From assembly GCA_964016885.1 (NCBI GenBank), contig OZ024751.1, forward strand, positions 31,186,001-31,250,000: a stretch of 64,000 nt of DNA, read 5' to 3'. This stretch comes from Eledone cirrhosa (Eukaryota). The translations under genes were made by a program, and so were the position numbers. Below are positions 57,681 through 64,000 of this stretch, in pieces. Within the stretch, counting starts at the first letter, position 1. Each line of letters begins with the position of its first letter. The notes beneath the pieces were generated by a model, which had not been told where the DNA came from, did not search any database, and worked only from the letters and a program-made list of their open reading frames with translations.

Positions 57681-58073
57681 AAAATAGTAATACTGGTGAC
57701 CTGGGTATGTCCAATTGGTTTGCTTGATAGACATATAAATATACAAATATATATATATTTATTTTTTCAGTTTATATATCACATAAGAAATGGAGAATCG
57801 GTGGTGCGACGAATAAGATTTATTAGATATGTTACAATCGTTTCTCTGGCGACCAGCTCGAGGCACGATCGATGCAGTGATCAAACCTGACTCTGAAATC
57901 GCAAGAACCTCGGATATGTCTCGATTCTACGAAGCAGAGTTTCCCAATTTGGAAACTCTGCTTCGTCGCACCGCCGATTCTCCGTTCCTTGTGATATTAT
58001 ACTCTGCTCTGTAAGAGTATCGAGTGCTCAAACGGCCCACCGCTTACGGACGCTTTAAGCATCCCACACCAAT

Positions 58074-58108
<35 letters not shown>

Positions 58109-58419
58109 TTTTTCAATCGACTTTTTCAAATTGCTGGCCTTGTGTCAATGTTAGAAATAGTTATATTTTAATCATTGTGATGATACACACACATACATAT
58201 ATATGTATGTGTGTGTGTATTATCACAATGATTAAAATATAACTATTTCTAACATTGACACAAGGCCAGCAATTTGAAAAAGTCGATTATATCAACCCTA
58301 GTACTTTATTTTTTTCGACCCTGGACAGATTTAAGGCAAAGTAGACCTGAGAGGGATTTGAAACTCCCAATTAAGACATAACAAATGAAAAAGAAAACAT
58401 AGGTACATAGCTTACTTAC

Positions 58420-58571
58420 CTGTAAAATATTGTTTCCAATCAGTCATAGGTGAAACAGAGGCAACAACGGTAATTAAACCTCTGGGAAGAACTCGAAGGA
58501 TTTGTTGAACTCGAGAATCAGTTACATTCACTAAGTCATTGTCATTGATAGCAAGTATATAGTCTCCAACC
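58420..58571 (-). CDS. Multi-PDZ gene exon B (152 nt), completes PDZ
   Basis: Acceptor ttttccAG|G, donor ACAG|GTaagt. Encodes (K)VGDYILAINDNDLVNVTDSRVQQILRVLPRGLITVVAS. Phase 2->1 matches neighbours. Confidence 0.9.
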
Positions 58572-58792
58572 CTGGAAAATTGAGAGAAATAAAAAAAGAA
58601 TATATATATATATATATAATGGCAGTGCCCCAGCATGGGGAGATGCAGAGAGGGTGTAGAGATAGGTAAAATCCTGATTGCGACCCTTCAAAAATTCCTA
58701 CACACTTGAAAAGACTTGCTGAACACACAAACTGAAAAAGCTTGGTGCCGCAGTTGGGATTTTACCCCTACTCTCTCCCTATGTGTACATAT

Positions 58793-58833
<41 letters not shown>

Positions 58834-59097
58834 GAAGTTCTATTTAGATTGTTGGGATACAACAAGCAAATATTTTTATAACTGATATAAAGCACTCAAC
58901 AAATATTTTGAGTAAAAATACGATATTAACAAATGGAAACTATATTTATAAAACCATATTTATTTCATTATACATATTTCAAGGACACCAAGTTAAATTA
59001 TGGTGTGCTTTCATCAGATAAAATATAATATAGATCAGTTTTATAAATAAATATTGACATACCCTTAAAGAATGCAACCATTACTGTTGGAAGCTCC

Positions 59098-59146
<49 letters not shown>

Positions 59147-59263
59147 GAAAGTGCATTAGACTCAAGCGGGATTTTTTCGACGGGGAAAAATTGAAGATTA
59201 TTGTTTGGATTTGAAATATTTTCTTTGTAATCCCAGTCCTGTTTCTCTTCTGACAAACTTCAT

Positions 59264-59306
<43 letters not shown>

Positions 59307-59625
59307 ATTGTTTCCACTTTTCGCACACGACCAGCAATTATCCCAGTGCATTACTAATGCTTTATTTTATCGACCCCAATAGGATAAAAGGCAAAGTTAA
59401 ATTCCAGACAAGATAACAGTCATTAGGTTCGTATTTAGAGAAATAGAAAATATATTTAGTGTTTTGGATGTAAGTCTTGATATGCAACATGACTGGCAAA
59501 CAAAGATAACCTTGGTGGTTATGCCTGCACCCATAGAAAAGTAATAAAAGACGAACTTTAAAAAAAAACAACAACAAAAAATCAAAATTAAAAAGAAAAA
59601 AGGGATGGAACCCAGAAAAACTTAC

Positions 59626-61604
59626 TTAATGTTTCCGTTTTTTCCAATTGTACTTTGGTTTTTGATTTCTGATACTTTGGCAAATCCTTTATCGTCGACA
59701 CTCAGGCACATTCCTAGACCAAGAATTCCCTTTAGTACTTCCACTTGAAAAGGTTTATCTTCAGATCTAGTTTTGTTCTTGTTTTTCCTATCCTGATAAG
59801 AACTTGAGAAAAGTCTCTTTGATAAAATTAGTTTGTCCTGATTCTTTACAGGAAAGGCGTTACTAGTGGGTAGATATCGTTCATTAACATCCCTCAATAA
59901 ACTACTATCAATGGCATATCTATTCATAGACTTTAACTGACCATCTTCAAAAGATTTAGTCATATAGTTGGACATCATGTTTCTTGGTAGAGATTTTGTA
60001 TCCTTTAGTTTCAGATAGTTTTGAGAAACTGTCATGTTTTTCAATGACTTGGAATATTGGTCAGTCTCATGGTCGCCATCGTTACACATATCAAACGACG
60101 ACTCGGACGTTTTACAGGAATCTGCAGATTCAAAGTTATCGGAATGGTTACTCTTTTGAAACTTGTCACCAGGTTCTGTGGATATTTCTGATAAATCCTG
60201 ATAAGTTGTTGCATCATCATCATCCGTCTTTACATCATGGTATACTGTAGAGGAATCATCTTCGGATTTTAAATCATCGGACATATTGGAATTTGGGGAT
60301 GTAGTGTCTCTTTTGTGGGAAATCTTTAGCGTGTTAAGGTAGTTGTTTTTCTGAAGACTCGGAGAATCAGGACGTCCAGAATCTGGGGACCTCACCGAGG
60401 TTTCTTCAACACCATAATTCCGAGAATGTATTAATGATAATTGTGTATTAATATCTCCATCTTCATCAGTTGGTTGTGCTCCAAAAGAGCTTGGAAGGCT
60501 GCCATCAGTAGAGAAAGGTGATTCTAAATCATCATCAAGCAGTTCATTGTAAGAAGTTAAATTTTTCAGATTATTATTTGATTGAAAATTCAGAATATCA
60601 TTTGATTTACTTGTAATTTCAATTTGTTGATATCTAATGGGCAAGTCTGTTGTATTGGTATTGAAGCTGTTGTGGTTGTGCTCCGATATGTAGTTGTCGT
60701 CTTGCTGGTCAAGGAAAGGATCATTGAGGATATCATTCAAATCAGATTTACTTTCTCCAGCAGCTTCACGAGGGGCAACGATAGTACTTTGAAATGTAAC
60801 GTCAGCTTTGTGAGGAGGTGGGCTATCAAAACCTAAAGAAATCAGGTCTTCATTTGAGTAACATGGGTAGATGTTGCTGAGGTTGTTGTTCAATTCGTTT
60901 GAAATTAAGGAATCATCGGAACCGTTTGATGAAAAAACTTCTTTAGTGTTTCTGTATTCTGTCATATTTATTTCCCCTTCTGAATTATTTGGCACACTGC
61001 TGTGTTCACCCACAACAATCTGTTGAACACAAGAATCTTCAATGACACCTTTTGTAAGATTCTTGTTTTCTAAGTCGTCTAAGTCTTCAGTTTCACTGGA
61101 TACATTAGGGGTATCAGTGGCAGAGGAATTTTCTAGTGGTGCTTTGTTGGTAAGGCTTTGCTCGGCATAGCTTATACTTGTTGATTCTTCTACCAGAGGA
61201 GAATCTTCCGACTCAGTGTTCAACAAATCTAATGATGGCTGATAATCTTCTGTACTCAGCTCTTTAAAACTTAATAATAATTCCTCATTTTCACAAAATT
61301 CCTTTGATTTGCTTTCAATGATTTTATTTTCTAGTTCTATCTCAGGATTCCACGTGTTGTTGTTGTTGTTGTTGACCTCTGGTTCTTCATTAATGTTTGT
61401 TTCTGCTTCAATATTTTTGTCTGCTGGGATAGCATCCTTGCGCAAAATTTCGAAAGTCAAGGACGGACCTTCAGAATTTATTATATTCAAACATTGGTTA
61501 AATGGAATCTTATAGAGAGAATTCCCATTACAGGAAACCAAGCAATCTCCTTGCTTCAACAATTCTGACTTGGAGCAAAGTCCGTCTGGCTCTAAGCTTT
61601 TGAT
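59626..61604 (-). CDS. Multi-PDZ protein (pro-IL-16/PDZD2/big bang-like), internal exon A (1979 nt): end of one PDZ, long acidic linker, start of next PDZ
   Basis: Acceptor ttcatttgcAG|ATC, donor ATTAA|GTaag. Encodes IKSLEPDGLCSKSELLKQGDCLVSCNG...FEILR and FQVEVLKGILGLGMCL. Phase 0 in, phase 2 out. Upstream exons lie outside the window. Confidence 0.9.
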
Positions 61605-62024
61605 CTGCAAATGAAAAAAGCAAAAACAAAATAAAAAGATAATATCAGATACATTATAATAAAATGTTAGAAATCACCACACCACCACCACCATTACCAC
61701 CTCTATTACCATCATCATCATCCTCACTACCATCACCACCACCATCATAATCACCACACCACCACCACCACCATCATAATCACCACACCACCACCACCAC
61801 CACCACCACCACCATTACCACCTCTATTACCATCATCATCATCCTCACTACCATCACCACCACCATCATAATCACCACACCACCGCCACCGCCACCATTA
61901 CTACCTCTATTACCATCGTCATCATCCTCACCACCACCACCATCATAGTCACCACACCATCATCCAATTTACTCACAAGACTTGGGTGAATCCAAGGTTA
62001 TTGTAAAAGACACTTGACCAATAT

Positions 62025-64000
62025 GCCACAGTGGGACGAAGTGGTTATATATAGGCAGTGGGACCAGGGTGTTATATATAGGCAGTGGGACCAGGGTGTT
62101 ATATATAGGCAGTGGGACCAAGGTGTTATATATAGGCAGTGGGACCAAGGTGTTATATATAGGCAGTGGGACCAAGGTGTTATATATAGGCAGTGGGACG
62201 AAGTGGTTATATATAGGCAGTGGGACCAGGGTGTTATATATAGGCAGTGGGACCAAGGTGTTATATATAGGCAGTGGGACCAAGGTGTTATATATAGGCA
62301 GTGGGACCAAGGTGTTATATATAGGCAGTGGGACCAAGGTGTTATATATAGGCAGTGGGACCAGGGTGTTATATATAGGCAGTGGGACCAGGGTGTTATA
62401 TATAGGCAGTGGGACCAGGGTGTTATATATAGGCAGTGGGACCAGGGTGTTATATATAGGCAGTGGGACCAGGGTGTTATATATAGGCAGTGGGACCAGG
62501 GTGTTATATATAGGCAGTGGGACCAGGGTGTTATATATAGGCAGTGGGACTAGGGTGTGATATATAGGCAGTGGGACCAAGGTGTTATATATAAGCAGTG
62601 AGACCAGGGTGTTATATATAGGCAGTGGGACCAAGGTGTTATATATAGGCAGTGGGACCAGGGTGTTATATATAGGCAGTGGGACCAGGGTGTTATATAT
62701 AGGCAGTGGGACCAAGGTGTTATATATAGGCAGTGGGACCAGGGTGTTATATATAGGCAGTGGGACCAAGGTGTTATATATAAGCAGTGGGACCAGGGTG
62801 TTATATATAGGCAGTGGGACCAGGGTGTTATATGTAGGCAGTGGGACCGGGTGTTATATATAGGCAGTGGGACCAGGGTGTTATATATAGGCAGTGGGAC
62901 CAAGGTGTTATATATAGGCAGTGGGACCAGGGTTTTATATATAGGCAGTGGGACCAAGGTGTTATATATAGGCAGTGGGACCAGGGTGTTATATATAGAC
63001 AGTGGGACCAGGGTGTTATATATAGGCAGTGGGACCAGGGTGTTATATATAGGCAGTGGGACCAGGGTGTTATATATAGGCAGTGGGACCAGGGTGTTAT
63101 ATATAGGCAGTGGGACCAGGGTGTTATATATAGGCAGTGGGACCAGGGTGTTATATATAGGCAGTGGGACCAGGGTGTTATATATAGGCAGTGGGACTAG
63201 GGTGTCATATATAGGCAGTGGGACCAAGGTGTTATATATAAGCAGTGAGACCAGGGTGTTATATATAGGCAGTGGGACCAAGGTGTTATATATAGGCAGT
63301 GGGACCAGGGTGTTATATATAGGCAGTGGGACCAGGGTGTTATATATAGGCAGTGGGACCAAGGTGTTATATATAGGCAGTGGGACCAGGGTTTTATATA
63401 TAGGCAGTGGGACCAGGGTGTTATATATAGGCAGTGGGACCAGGGTGTTATATATAGGCAGTGGGACCAAGGTGTTATATATAGGCAGTGGGACCAGGGT
63501 GTTATATATAGGCAGTGGGACCAAGGTGTTATATATAGGCAGTGGGACCAAGGTGTTATATATAAGCAGTGGGACCAGGGTGTTATATATAGGCAGTGGG
63601 ACCAGGGTGTTATATATAGGCAGTGGGACCGGGTGTTATATATAGGCAGTGGGACCAGGGTGTTATATATAGGCAGTGGGACCAAGGTGTTATATATAGG
63701 CAGTGGGACCAGGGTTTTATATATAGGCAGTGGGACCAAGGTGTTATATATAGGCAGTGGGACCAGGGTGTTATATATAGACAGTGGGACCAGGGTGTTA
63801 TATATAGGCAGTGGGACCAGGGTGTTATATATAGGCAGTGGGACCAGGGTGTTATATATAGGCAGTGGGACCAGGGTGTTATATATAGGCAGTGGGACCA
63901 GGGTGTTATATATAGGCAGTGGGACCAGGGTGTTATATATAGGCAGTGGGACCAGGGTGTTATATATAGGCAGTGGGACCAGGGTGTTATATATAGGCAG
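62025..64000. repeat. 27-bp intronic minisatellite (ggtgttatatataggcagtgggacca[g/a]), runs off the window
   Basis: Seen directly, >70 units. Confidence 0.97.

Noticed and set aside
61969-64000. Repetitive ORFs or CRISPR-like array
   Set aside because: Head-to-tail 27-bp tandem repeat with no unique spacers and no cas genes; eukaryotic intron.

Overview
AT-rich, microsatellite-dense animal genomic DNA. The SINE/LINE repertoire and (TA)n load suggest an octopus/cephalopod genome (inference). The right half holds the 3' part of one minus-strand multi-PDZ gene of the pro-IL-16/PDZD2/big-bang family. Seven GT-AG exons (61604->32590) splice in consistent phase to 7188 nt (2395 aa + stop) with four PDZ domains, and the 5' end lies beyond the window. 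The rest is repeats: tRNA-derived SINEs, CR1/RTE/CRE-like LINE fragments, MITEs, minisatellites and a 5'-truncated Penelope-like element (RT C-terminus + GIY-YIG). The most notable signal is a system of (TA)n-embedded 'hairpin + tail' fold-back mini-elements. Several carry hammerhead-ribozyme-like motifs with non-canonical cores (CAGAAGA or UUGAUAA, plus U.U at the base of stem II). One family is demonstrably the 3' end of the Penelope-like element, and its inversion breakpoints fall inside the ribozyme motif.
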